Shown here one piece after another: positions 39,426 to 48,082 of a DNA stretch of 64,000 nucleotides. Both the position numbers and the translations under genes were made by a program. The stretch is from IMG/VR virus record IMGVR_UViG_3300037357_000283, one strand, 5' to 3'. The notes below the pieces were generated by a model. It did no database searches. It was not told where the DNA came from and was given only the letters and a program-made list of their open reading frames with translations. The DNA comes from an uncultured virus (IMG/VR IMGVR_UViG_3300037357_000283) (taxonomy: Duplodnaviria; Heunggongvirae; Uroviricota; Caudoviricetes). The stretch's first letter is position 1. Each line of letters opens with the position of its first letter.

Positions 39426-40370
39426 ATGCCGTCCGGTATCACAACCCAGGAGGAATCGAAGCTCCTGAATTCCACTTTCTTCGAGAAACTCGGCAGCCGC
39501 GACTATAACCAGGTCAAGGAAGCCGAGGACGCAGCCACGGATTTCACGCGAACGACCATGCGTGAAGATGGGTTTTATCGGCGCATCCTGCCGATGATGC
39601 CCATAACCAACGATAAGCTCAGTCGGATGACCTATACCGACAAGCCGATCGTTGTGGTCGATAAGGAACCCGGCAGTCCGGCGGCGATGAGCGTGCCGTT
39701 TGCCACGCTTCCGACCAACCTTTACATCGAAGGCGACCGCTATGAGGTTACCTTTGATCGTATCCTCACGCCGCGCTTCACCAAGGATGTTGATGAACTG
39801 CGGACCTGGCAGATGGATATCCGCCAGGTGCTGTCGGACAACAGCATCAAGGATATGTTGGCCGAGGAAGACAGCAAGTTTCTTTTAGCGGTCAACACCG
39901 GGCTGGTGGGTCAGGGCGCAATTTGCCCGACCAGCGGCGTCGCGCAATGGCAGGCGATCAGCGGCGGCATTACCCGCGATACGCTGTGGGATGGTTTGAA
40001 GATCATGCCCAGTACGCCGTCGAATCTCGAAGTGCATACGATCTTGATCAACAACATCACGATCAAGGATGTGTGCAAGTTCGGGCGCGACGAAATGGGC
40101 GGCGATCTCAGCCAGGAGATCATGCGGAACGGCTGGACTTATACCGAGTTCATGGGCAAGACTTGGGTCATCACCATCAAGAAGCAGCTCGTGCCTACGG
40201 GGACGATGTACTACTTCGGTGACCCGAAGTTTATCGGGAAGAGTTACTCCCTTGAGGAAACGGTGTTATACGTAAAACGCGATCATTTCATGATCGAGTT
40301 TTTCGCCTACGAGACCATCGGCGGAGCTTTGGGCCATTTGAACGCTATAGCCCGTTCCGATTATGTCTGA
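39426..40370 (+). CDS. Probable major capsid protein
   Basis: 314 aa; MREDGFYRRIL and MLAEEDSKFL patterns; position after protease, scaffold and cement genes. Confidence 0.7.
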   Translation: MPSGITTQEESKLLNSTFFEKLGSRDYNQVKEAEDAATDFTRTTMREDGFYRRILPMMPITNDKLSRMTYTDKPIVVVDKEPGSPAAMSVPFATLPTNLYIEGDRYEVTFDRILTPRFTKDVDELRTWQMDIRQVLSDNSIKDMLAEEDSKFLLAVNTGLVGQGAICPTSGVAQWQAISGGITRDTLWDGLKIMPSTPSNLEVHTILINNITIKDVCKFGRDEMGGDLSQEIMRNGWTYTEFMGKTWVITIKKQLVPTGTMYYFGDPKFIGKSYSLEETVLYVKRDHFMIEFFAYETIGGALGHLNAIARSDYV

Positions 40371-40443
40371 TTGACTTCAATTAGCCTATCGCATATAAAG
40401 TGAGCCGCCAACTTTGGCGGCTCACTTTGTTTTAGGAGATTTA

Positions 40444-41682
40444 ATGACCAAGACTCCTCGCGAATATGCTCAAGAACGTAATGCAAGAGGTTTGTGTTGT
40501 TCATGCGGTAATCAACATCTACCCGATAAAAGTCGATGCGCTGAGTGTGATGCGAAAGCTAAAGAAAAGTACAGATTAAAGAGAGGCCCGAAAAAAGTCG
40601 TCGAACGTTCAATACGTAAAGAACAGCTCGCTGCAGCCTCGAAGCGTTATTACGAAAATAAAAAGGCTCAAGGACTTTGTCCGACCGCTGGTTGTCATTT
40701 GCCAGCATCTGCAGATTCTATTTACTGTATGTTTCACCTTGAACAGCAACGAACACGTCAGACTCTAAAAGCAGCAGTGAAAGCTGTAGAGAAAACGAAA
40801 GAGATAAAGCAGCAGATTGAGGTCAGGCGATCTGCCGGGCTTTGCGTTGATTGTGAATCAACGGATCTGTTTAATAAATTACGTTGTCGTAATTGCGAGG
40901 CTAACTGGTTGGTTAGGGAGAATAATCTCACGCGATACGCCGCACGGTTGCGAGTTGGATTATGTCAACAATGTGACGCTGTTGTATCCGAGGGGCAAAA
41001 ATATTGTGAGGTTTGCACAGGTAAAGCTACCGAAAGACGCGAGCAACGTGCTGCTGCCGGTTTATGTGTTGTCTGTGGAACAATTCCACCTGCAGCAGGC
41101 AGACGACTTTGTCAGAGGTGTCTCGATCGCGTTAAAGAAGTCTACCGTGAACGGCAGGCCCAGGGGCTATGCGCTCAGTGTGGTAATACCGCAGTTGTAC
41201 ATGGTAACTCGCGATTCCTATGTGAATCTTGCTGCGTTCTTAGCCGTGCGCGTTATCGTAAACGTCACGCTGCGGCTCGCCGGCAGATCCTTGATGCCTA
41301 CGGTAATAAATGTGCCTGTTGTGGCGATCCACGAGAGTGGGGATTACAACTTGACCACGTAAACAATGACGGCAACGTGCATCGGCGACTTCTGGCGGGG
41401 GTTAACAAAAGTTCCGTTACTTATCGTGTATATTCGCAGGTGATTCGCGAGGGTTTTCCCAAGGACAAGTATCAGCTTCTTTGTAGCCAGTGCAACACCG
41501 GCAAAGCCCGTAACAACGGTGTCTGCCCTCACGTCCACGAACGTGCCGTTCTCGGTGGCCGCCTTGCCGTCACCCCTGAAGACTTCGCCGCCGTTGCCGC
41601 CGCTCTTGCCGCTTTGGAGCTCACCGGCGCCCCCGAAGACTTCGCCGGCGCCGTCCCTCCTGTTGCATCTCCCGTCTCCTAA
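40444..41682 (+). CDS. HNH endonuclease with tandem CxxC zinc-finger repeats
   Basis: CACCG...LQLDHVNNDG...LCSQCN; many upstream Cys pairs; AT-richer DNA; RBS AGGAG. Confidence 0.75.
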   Translation: MTKTPREYAQERNARGLCCSCGNQHLPDKSRCAECDAKAKEKYRLKRGPKKVVERSIRKEQLAAASKRYYENKKAQGLCPTAGCHLPASADSIYCMFHLEQQRTRQTLKAAVKAVEKTKEIKQQIEVRRSAGLCVDCESTDLFNKLRCRNCEANWLVRENNLTRYAARLRVGLCQQCDAVVSEGQKYCEVCTGKATERREQRAAAGLCVVCGTIPPAAGRRLCQRCLDRVKEVYRERQAQGLCAQCGNTAVVHGNSRFLCESCCVLSRARYRKRHAAARRQILDAYGNKCACCGDPREWGLQLDHVNNDGNVHRRLLAGVNKSSVTYRVYSQVIREGFPKDKYQLLCSQCNTGKARNNGVCPHVHERAVLGGRLAVTPEDFAAVAAALAALELTGAPEDFAGAVPPVASPVS

Positions 41683-41759
41683 CCGTTATACTCCACACCT
41701 TGGCACGTTCGGTACATCCTTACGTGCATGGCCGACGTGCTCCTACTTCTGGAATCCCT

Positions 41760-41918
41760 ATGGACAAATCACTTTTATTCTGGCTCGTATACGTCATTTC
41801 CGTCATCGTTACCGTGTTTTTGGGCTGGCCGCTCAACCGGACGAGTGGGCAATGGCTGGTAATTCTCCTGCTCCTCGGGATTCTCGGCTGGGGTGTGTTC
41901 GGGCCCGTGGTCAGGTGA
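41760..41918 (+). CDS. Small two-TM membrane protein
   Basis: 52 aa, two hydrophobic helices. Confidence 0.6.
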   Translation: MDKSLLFWLVYVISVIVTVFLGWPLNRTSGQWLVILLLLGILGWGVFGPVVR

Positions 41919-41932
41919 TTTGAAAAGTTTTT

Positions 41933-42109
41933 GGGCTACATCAAGGCCCGATGTGTCCCTTACCGGGACATAACCAGCTGGATAGCTGGCCTTGCCTGCT
42001 TTTTGGTGAGATACGTAGTGTCTCACCCCTGCAGGCACGGATTGATGGTGGTTGATCAACAGGCCGGTGATCAGCAGCCCGTCGCGCCCCTGCGGGTACG
42101 GATTGATGG
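41933..42109 (+). CRISPR. sgRNA-like cassette, copy 3, with repeat-32 nt spacer-repeat mini-array
   Basis: Scaffold to 42048, spacer 42049-42080, degenerate repeat 42081-42109. Confidence 0.65.
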
Positions 42110-42150
42110 TCCTGTTGCATCTCCCGTCTTCTAACCGTTATACTTCATCT

Positions 42151-42239
42151 GGTGGCCATCCATGGACGGTGGCCAAGTCACGGATGACGCCCAATCACGG
42201 ATGATGCGAAGCCGGCCCTATGCCCTGGGGCCGGCTTTT
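42151..42239 (+). ncRNA. CsrB/Rsm-like small RNA (three CANGGANG hairpins)
   Basis: TTGCAT-18-TATACT promoter; CATGGACG and CACGGATG x2 in stem-loops; terminator 42209-42239. Confidence 0.6.
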
Positions 42240-42256
42240 GTATTTCCACAAATACA
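42239..42256. promoter_or_regulatory. Palindrome TGTATTT-N4-AAATACA, copy 6
   Basis: Exact arms. Confidence 0.7.
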
Positions 42257-42361
42257 CCCTATGCGCCTGCCTAAATAAAAGACCGTTTTGCGTCACAATA
42301 GATGTAGGCCATCGTAGCTCTGCGTAGAGCTGGTGACCTGTTTTTAACCTGGAGAACAGCT

Positions 42362-43036
42362 ATGGAAGACACGAATAAGAATACCGGCGGCCGGAACACC
42401 GGCATCCAGAACACTGGCCACTGGAACGCCGGCAGCTGGAACACCGGCAGCCGGAACACCGGCGACTGGAACACCGGCGGCCGGAACACCGGCAGCCGGA
42501 ACACCGGCGACTGGAACACCGGCAGCCAGAACACCGGCTACCAGAACACCGGCGACTGGAACACCGGCGACCATAACACCGGCGACCAGAACACCGGCGA
42601 CTGGAACACCGGCGACCAGAACGCTGGCTTTTTCTGCACGGAAACTCCGTCGCTGAGTTTCTTCGATAAGCCAACTAATTTGACATGGGAGCAGGCAATT
42701 GAGCTGATACCTTATGTCGAATTGTCCATCGGCGCGGTATTTATCCATAGTGACGCCATGACGGATAAAGAGAAGCTCGCGCACCCAGAACATGAAGTCA
42801 TTGGTGGGTACCTGAAGAACTACAACTTAAAACTTCAGGAAGCCTTCCCGTTGGCGTGGAAGAAAATGTCGGATGAAGAAAAGGCCAAGTGGCTGGCGCT
42901 GCCTAATTTCAACGCCGAGAAGTTCCTGAAATGCACCGGTGTCGACGTCCGGCCGCAGAGCAAACCCAAGATAGCGACAGCCAAGGTGCGGTTGTCGGAT
43001 GGTACCGTGGTAGAGGGTGAGGTCGTGGCAGACTGA
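42362..43036 (+). CDS. NTGxx pentapeptide-repeat protein, paralog A
   Basis: 15-nt tandem units; near-identical to 47167-47790. Confidence 0.8.
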   Translation: MEDTNKNTGGRNTGIQNTGHWNAGSWNTGSRNTGDWNTGGRNTGSRNTGDWNTGSQNTGYQNTGDWNTGDHNTGDQNTGDWNTGDQNAGFFCTETPSLSFFDKPTNLTWEQAIELIPYVELSIGAVFIHSDAMTDKEKLAHPEHEVIGGYLKNYNLKLQEAFPLAWKKMSDEEKAKWLALPNFNAEKFLKCTGVDVRPQSKPKIATAKVRLSDGTVVEGEVVAD

Positions 43037-43092
43037 TCAAACTAAAGCCGCCAGCTCTACGTGGGGCTGGCGGCTTTTTACTTGGAGAACCG

Positions 43093-43566
43093 ATGACAAA
43101 TATTCAGTACAAGATTGGTGATGCCACTTTTCCTGATTCGCGCGGGAATAAGATCATCGTCCATGTTTGTAACGACGCTGGTGGTTGGGGGCGTGGTTTT
43201 GTTTTAGCGATTTCAAAACGGTGGCCTCAACCCGAAATGGCCTACCGCCGGTGGTACCGGGAACGGGAGCAAAATAGTTTTTGTCTCGGTGCGGTGCAAT
43301 TCGCTCGGGTTGAATCAGATATTTGGGTAGCCAACATGATCGGGCAGCATGGATTGGCGCGCGAAGCGGATAGGCCACCGATCCGATATGAAGCGGTCGA
43401 GGCTGCGTTGCTACAAGTTGCCGAGAAGGGAATTGAGCTTGCGGCGACCATTCATATGCCGCGGATCGGCTGCGGACTGGCAGGGGGAAAGTGGGGAAAA
43501 ATCGAGCCGATTATCTTGCGTACGTTGTGTGCTAAGGGTGTTGATGTGTCGGTCTACGATCTCTAA
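43093..43566 (+). CDS. Macro domain protein (ADP-ribose hydrolase-like)
   Basis: GDAT, HVCNDAGGWGRGF, MPRIGCGLAGG. Confidence 0.85.
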   Translation: MTNIQYKIGDATFPDSRGNKIIVHVCNDAGGWGRGFVLAISKRWPQPEMAYRRWYREREQNSFCLGAVQFARVESDIWVANMIGQHGLAREADRPPIRYEAVEAALLQVAEKGIELAATIHMPRIGCGLAGGKWGKIEPIILRTLCAKGVDVSVYDL

Positions 43567-43584
43567 CTCAGGAAAGGAAACAGC

Positions 43585-43908
43585 ATGTCTACAACAACTG
43601 CCAGCGATCCGCTGGTTCATTCGCGCTGGGAGCAGATGAAACTTTCCGGCGAGTGCATTTACTTTGCGATTGATAGCGCCTGGGTTTTCCTGGCAGCACC
43701 GGGCGGGCCGAGTGGCCGGGTTTATTTCGATAAACAACGTCCCGTAATAGAGAGAAATCTCTATCACGTGGATCGGCTTTGCGCTGGTGTCTGGCATCAC
43801 ATGTGCTGGGTCAGCGCCGACAACAAAAAGAGTTGTCAGGCACTTATTGCGGTGGTTAAAGAGGATTTCGGCGCCATCGAGCGCCAGATCCGCATTACTG
43901 TCGCGTAA
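43585..43908 (+). CDS. Hypothetical protein
   Basis: RBS AGGA. Confidence 0.55.
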   Translation: MSTTTASDPLVHSRWEQMKLSGECIYFAIDSAWVFLAAPGGPSGRVYFDKQRPVIERNLYHVDRLCAGVWHHMCWVSADNKKSCQALIAVVKEDFGAIERQIRITVA

Positions 43909-43926
43909 ATTTCACTTGGAGAATCT

Positions 43927-44619
43927 ATGGATCTGATCAAGCAAATCAATGAAAACATCGGCGACGTCGCTGATGATATTCTCGAAGAAGTTATGGAGCT
44001 CGTGGATCTCGTGCAATGTCGGTGCCTGCACGAAAAAGATTTGATCGATTTGACCGACGCGATAACAGCGTACAGGACGTCGATGGACATTGAAATGCTG
44101 TCCTTGAACATGGATTTGCAGGATTTCGATGAACGCATTTCCGCTGAAGTCATGCGCCGGCGCAACGCAGCTTATCGGGTTCAAGTCGCTTCGATGGGTG
44201 AGAAATCCGAGGCTACGCTGACCGGCGAGCAACCAGTCGACGCCGCGAAGATTCGTGAAGCAAAGTTCCAGCGCCGGCTGGCCTCGGTGGTGAAACTTGT
44301 AGGTCTTAACACATCCGAGATTATTATTCTTCGGGAGTTGGAGTTATTGTGGCAGGCTCGGCCTCAAGATGCTCAGGCGCGGTTGGACATTTATAAGCTC
44401 ACAATCATCGATTACCGCGAGACTCCCGACGGTAAACCGATACAGCAGAAAATCCACCGGGAGGCGATTGTTCGGGCGGCGGATCCTGTGCAGGCACGCA
44501 GGCTGCTTAGTTCTCAAGATCATCTGTACGCGGCCCTCTGGGACGATATTTACGGAATCGATTGCCGGTTGCTGGCCGCCGCAGTAGACGGCGAGGCTGA
44601 AGTTTTATCGCTCAAATAA
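43927..44619 (+). CDS. Hypothetical protein
   Basis: RBS GGAG; acidic helical N-terminus. Confidence 0.6.
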   Translation: MDLIKQINENIGDVADDILEEVMELVDLVQCRCLHEKDLIDLTDAITAYRTSMDIEMLSLNMDLQDFDERISAEVMRRRNAAYRVQVASMGEKSEATLTGEQPVDAAKIREAKFQRRLASVVKLVGLNTSEIIILRELELLWQARPQDAQARLDIYKLTIIDYRETPDGKPIQQKIHREAIVRAADPVQARRLLSSQDHLYAALWDDIYGIDCRLLAAAVDGEAEVLSLK

Positions 44620-44731
44620 GGGCTTTTCTTCTGGCTGATGGATTTGCCACCGAAGCCGCGTAGAAGGTATACTAAAAACCTTAGCCGCCTGGTGGCAATA
44701 ACGCCGCTGGACCGTAGAACAGGACTACACA

Positions 44732-45127
44732 ATGCCCAACGCTTCACCGCAAATTCCACAGCTGCCTGATCCCAAGACCGCTTACGACCATCTGTTTCAG
44801 ACGGTCCACAGTGGTGCATTCTTCAATCGCCTTGCCCAGCGCGGCATCAACGTGACCTCGCCCAAGCAAGCTGCGGACGCCCTGGCAACCGCCGAGCAGC
44901 TACGTAGTTTGGAAGGTGATCCCCGCTTCAAAGCAGCTAACGATAGTGACCCCTTTGCCCAAGCCAGGGCGGCTTTGGATAAGATGGTTGGCGGACCGGC
45001 ACCCGAGCAGAGTCGCAAGCAGGCGGCGGTGCAGTTGATGAATGACGCAGACATCTACAACAGCATTCTCAGCCTCAAGAGCGCTGAGGCGGCCCGTATC
45101 GCGCAGCAGTTGCAGCCGGTGGCCTGA
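44732..45127 (+). CDS. Putative head protein (KxA-rich)
   Basis: Five KxA motifs; TTGCCA...TATACT promoter upstream. Confidence 0.6.
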   Translation: MPNASPQIPQLPDPKTAYDHLFQTVHSGAFFNRLAQRGINVTSPKQAADALATAEQLRSLEGDPRFKAANDSDPFAQARAALDKMVGGPAPEQSRKQAAVQLMNDADIYNSILSLKSAEAARIAQQLQPVA

Positions 45128-45140
45128 GGTTAATGTTTTT

Positions 45141-45300
45141 GGGCTGCATCAAGGCCCGATGTGTCTCCTACAGAGACATAACCAGCTGGATAGCTGGCCT
45201 TGCCCGTTTTTGGTGAGATACGTAGTGTCTCACCCTCGTGGGCACGGATTGATGGTTCTTTATATACGGTCGTCTTGCCCCTGTGGGCACGGATTGATGG
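45141..45300 (+). CRISPR. sgRNA-like cassette, copy 4, with repeat-16 nt spacer-repeat mini-array
   Basis: Repeat 45227-45255, spacer 45256-45271, repeat 45272-45300. Confidence 0.7.
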
Positions 45301-45326
45301 GCCGGAGTTTTAACTAGGAAATTCTG

Positions 45327-45671
45327 ATGAAAAGTTCACTATATACGGTCGTGCAAAACACATCGGGCGTTGCCATGCGATTTGGGTTTCTGCCGCCACA
45401 TGGACAACTATTGACTCCCGGACAACTGTTCACCGTATTTGGTGACCTCCGTTCGGCGATTATGCGTGGTGCGCGGAACACCAGCCGGCGCGATCATAGT
45501 GCCCTGATTGCTGCTTTGGAGTCGGGGAAGCTGACGATCATCCACACGCCGTCACCGATCATGCGGGATCTGTTCTCTGGTCAGCCCAAGCTCATTCAGC
45601 TGTATAATGGCACACTGAGTCTGGTCAACCCTGGCTGGACAACCAGCACCGAGACCAGCATTCCGGCTTGA
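45327..45671 (+). CDS. Hypothetical (putative virion) protein
   Basis: 114-aa ORF; its 5' end matches the adjacent spacer. Confidence 0.65.
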   Translation: MKSSLYTVVQNTSGVAMRFGFLPPHGQLLTPGQLFTVFGDLRSAIMRGARNTSRRDHSALIAALESGKLTIIHTPSPIMRDLFSGQPKLIQLYNGTLSLVNPGWTTSTETSIPA

Positions 45672-45798
45672 CCGCGCCGGCAACAACTCACGAGCGGCCG
45701 GTGTTTTTGCGTTTTCCACCGGCATTGTTTTCCCCGCACCCGGCTGTCGTCGCCGGGTGCGTTTTTTATTTGCTTTCGTTTGTTGGTAAGCTGCTGGC

Positions 45799-47067
45799 AT
45801 GTCACCAATAATTTCGGCTTTTACGCCGTGTCACGATACCCGCTGGTTGCTGGAAACCTGGCACGGCCTGCAGGTACAGAACTATCCCGACAAGGAATGG
45901 GTCATCCTGCTTAACGGCGCCGCGGTCGATCAAGAGATCCCCGCGGTCATTCGACAGTGTCCCTGGGTGAAGATCTTCACCGCGGCGTCAAGCCCGCCAA
46001 TAACCGGCAGCAGTATTGGGGCTTTGAAGAAAACAACCGTTGCCTGCTGCCAGGGCGATATTTATCTGGAACTCGATGCGGATGACGTTCTTGTTCCGGG
46101 GGCCCTGCCAGCGGTTGCCCGGGCCGCTGCCGAAGGCGGGGAGTTCATCTACAGTGATGCGGCTTGTTTTAATATCAAACCCGGGGGGCAGATTGAGAGC
46201 TGGGCCTACCCAGCCCGCACCGGCTGGGCCGAATACCCTGTGAAAGTTTATGGGCACACGCTTCGGGCTACGGCCTGTTTTCCTGTGACACCGCGCGTGC
46301 TCTGCGAGATTTACTGGGCTCCCGATCATCTCCGGGCCTGGACGCGGGAAGCTTACGAGAAGGTCGGCGGGCACGATGCCAAGCTGGCTGTTGGCGATGA
46401 TCACGACCTTATCTGCCGAACCTACATCGCCGGCCGGAAGTTTCGCCATACCGGCGGTTGTCACTATCTCTACCGTTGGCACGGCAACAATACAGTACCG
46501 AAGCGAGCGGAGATGATTAAAAAAATCCAGACAGCCAATCGGGTGAAGTATCTCGACGGTTTGATTAACTACTGGACCGCCGATCTCGGGCAAGCGCCGT
46601 TGATTCTGCACGTCGAAGCCGCCGCGGGTCGCTGGCGGCCCGCAGCACCCGGTGACCTTCTTGGGCGAACCGGACTGGCGGCTATCTCAGCGGAGAACCT
46701 TCTACAGTTCTGTGCGGGGCCCGATATCCCTGAATTTTTCAATGCCGCCTGGGATGCCTTGTTGCCGGGGGGTTATCTCTCGGTCTCTGTCCCGGTGGGC
46801 CGCTGGGCTGATCAGCACCCCCTGCACCGGACCCGGTTTAATCCCAACAGCTTTCTCTATTACACGGAGCCGGCGTTTGCGGTACAAATCCCGAACCTAC
46901 GCTGCCGGTTTGATCTGATTCAGTCCCGGGTGTTTTTCCCGTCAACAGCAGCCAAGCGGCTGCGGATGCCTGTACTTCAGGTTCATCTGGCAGCGCTGAA
47001 GGGCCAACGCTGGCCGCGAAGCCATTGGCCGCATCAACCGTGGCCCGTCGCGGCGGGTGGTATTTGA
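45799..47067 (+). CDS. GT2 glycosyltransferase fused to a methyltransferase-like C-terminal domain
   Basis: ELDADD, GDDHDL; C-terminal LLPGGYLSVSVP...HPLH. Confidence 0.75.
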   Translation: MSPIISAFTPCHDTRWLLETWHGLQVQNYPDKEWVILLNGAAVDQEIPAVIRQCPWVKIFTAASSPPITGSSIGALKKTTVACCQGDIYLELDADDVLVPGALPAVARAAAEGGEFIYSDAACFNIKPGGQIESWAYPARTGWAEYPVKVYGHTLRATACFPVTPRVLCEIYWAPDHLRAWTREAYEKVGGHDAKLAVGDDHDLICRTYIAGRKFRHTGGCHYLYRWHGNNTVPKRAEMIKKIQTANRVKYLDGLINYWTADLGQAPLILHVEAAAGRWRPAAPGDLLGRTGLAAISAENLLQFCAGPDIPEFFNAAWDALLPGGYLSVSVPVGRWADQHPLHRTRFNPNSFLYYTEPAFAVQIPNLRCRFDLIQSRVFFPSTAAKRLRMPVLQVHLAALKGQRWPRSHWPHQPWPVAAGGI

Positions 47068-47166
47068 TCTCTAATCCCTAAATAAAAGACCGTTTTGCGT
47101 CACAATAGATGTAGGCCATTGTAGCTCTGCGTAGAGCTGGTGACCTGTTTTTAACCTGGAGAACAG

Positions 47167-47790
47167 ATGGAAGACACGAATAAGAACACCGGCTACGGGG
47201 ACACCGGCAGCGGGAACACCGGCAGCTGGAACACCGGCAGCCGGAACACCGGCAGTTGGAACACCGGCCGCCAGAACACCGGCAGCCAGAACACCGGCCA
47301 CAGGAACACCGGCAGCAGCAACACCGGCGACAGGAACACCGGCAGCTGGAACACCGGCAGTTGGAACACCGGCAGCTGGAACACCGGGTTTTTCTGCACA
47401 GAAACTCCTTCGCCGAGCTTCTTCGATAAGCCAACTAATTTGACATGGGAGCAGGCAATTGAGCTGATACCTTATGTCGAATTGACCGTCGGCGCGGTAT
47501 TCGTCTTAAGTTATGAGATGACGGATAACGAGAAGCTCGCGCACCCAGAACACGCAACCATCGGCGGCTATCTGAAGAACTACAACTTAAAACTTCAGGA
47601 GGCCTTCCCGCTGGCTTGGCAGAAAATGTCGGATGAGAAAAAGGCCAAGTGGCTGTCGCTGCCCAACTTCGACGCCGAGAAATTCCTAAAGTGTACCGGC
47701 GTCGACGTCCGGCCGCAGAGCAAACCCAAGATGGCCAGGGTGCGGTTGCCGGATGGCACCGTGGCAGAGTGCGAGGTCGTAGCGGACTGA
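47167..47790 (+). CDS. NTGxx pentapeptide-repeat protein, paralog B
   Basis: Duplicate of 42362-43036 with fewer repeats. Confidence 0.8.
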   Translation: MEDTNKNTGYGDTGSGNTGSWNTGSRNTGSWNTGRQNTGSQNTGHRNTGSSNTGDRNTGSWNTGSWNTGSWNTGFFCTETPSPSFFDKPTNLTWEQAIELIPYVELTVGAVFVLSYEMTDNEKLAHPEHATIGGYLKNYNLKLQEAFPLAWQKMSDEKKAKWLSLPNFDAEKFLKCTGVDVRPQSKPKMARVRLPDGTVAECEVVAD

Positions 47791-47853
47791 TCAAACTAAA
47801 GCCGCCAGCCCTACGTGGGGCTGGCGGCGGAAGAAATAAGGGTGATTTTTACT

Positions 47854-47969
47854 GGGCTACATCAAGGCCCGATGTGTTCCTTACCGGGACATAACCGGCT
47901 GGATAGCTGGCCTTGCCTGCTTTTTGGTGAGATATTCAGTATCTCACCCCTGCGGGCACGGATTGATGG
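47854..47969 (+). ncRNA. sgRNA-like cassette, copy 5
   Basis: Full scaffold ending GGATTGATGG. Confidence 0.75.
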
Positions 47970-48082
47970 GCTTCGCAGTCAAGCTGAGTTTTTGTGTCGA
48001 ATTGAGCGTTCTTCTATACCTCGCGGCGGCTAAATCGGAGCCACCACGGGGTTTCTTGTTTTCCGATACTTGGAGGTGCTAA

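Noticed and set aside
42380..42625. 15-nt periodic repeats as a CRISPR array or DGR
   Set aside because: In-frame coding repeats without spacers; no reverse transcriptase in the window
47970..47985. Targets for the sequences following copies 1, 2, 5 and 6 (e.g. 11/14 match of copy 5 to the tail tube gene)
   Set aside because: Partial matches of this level are expected by chance in 64 kb; no convincing target found by eye
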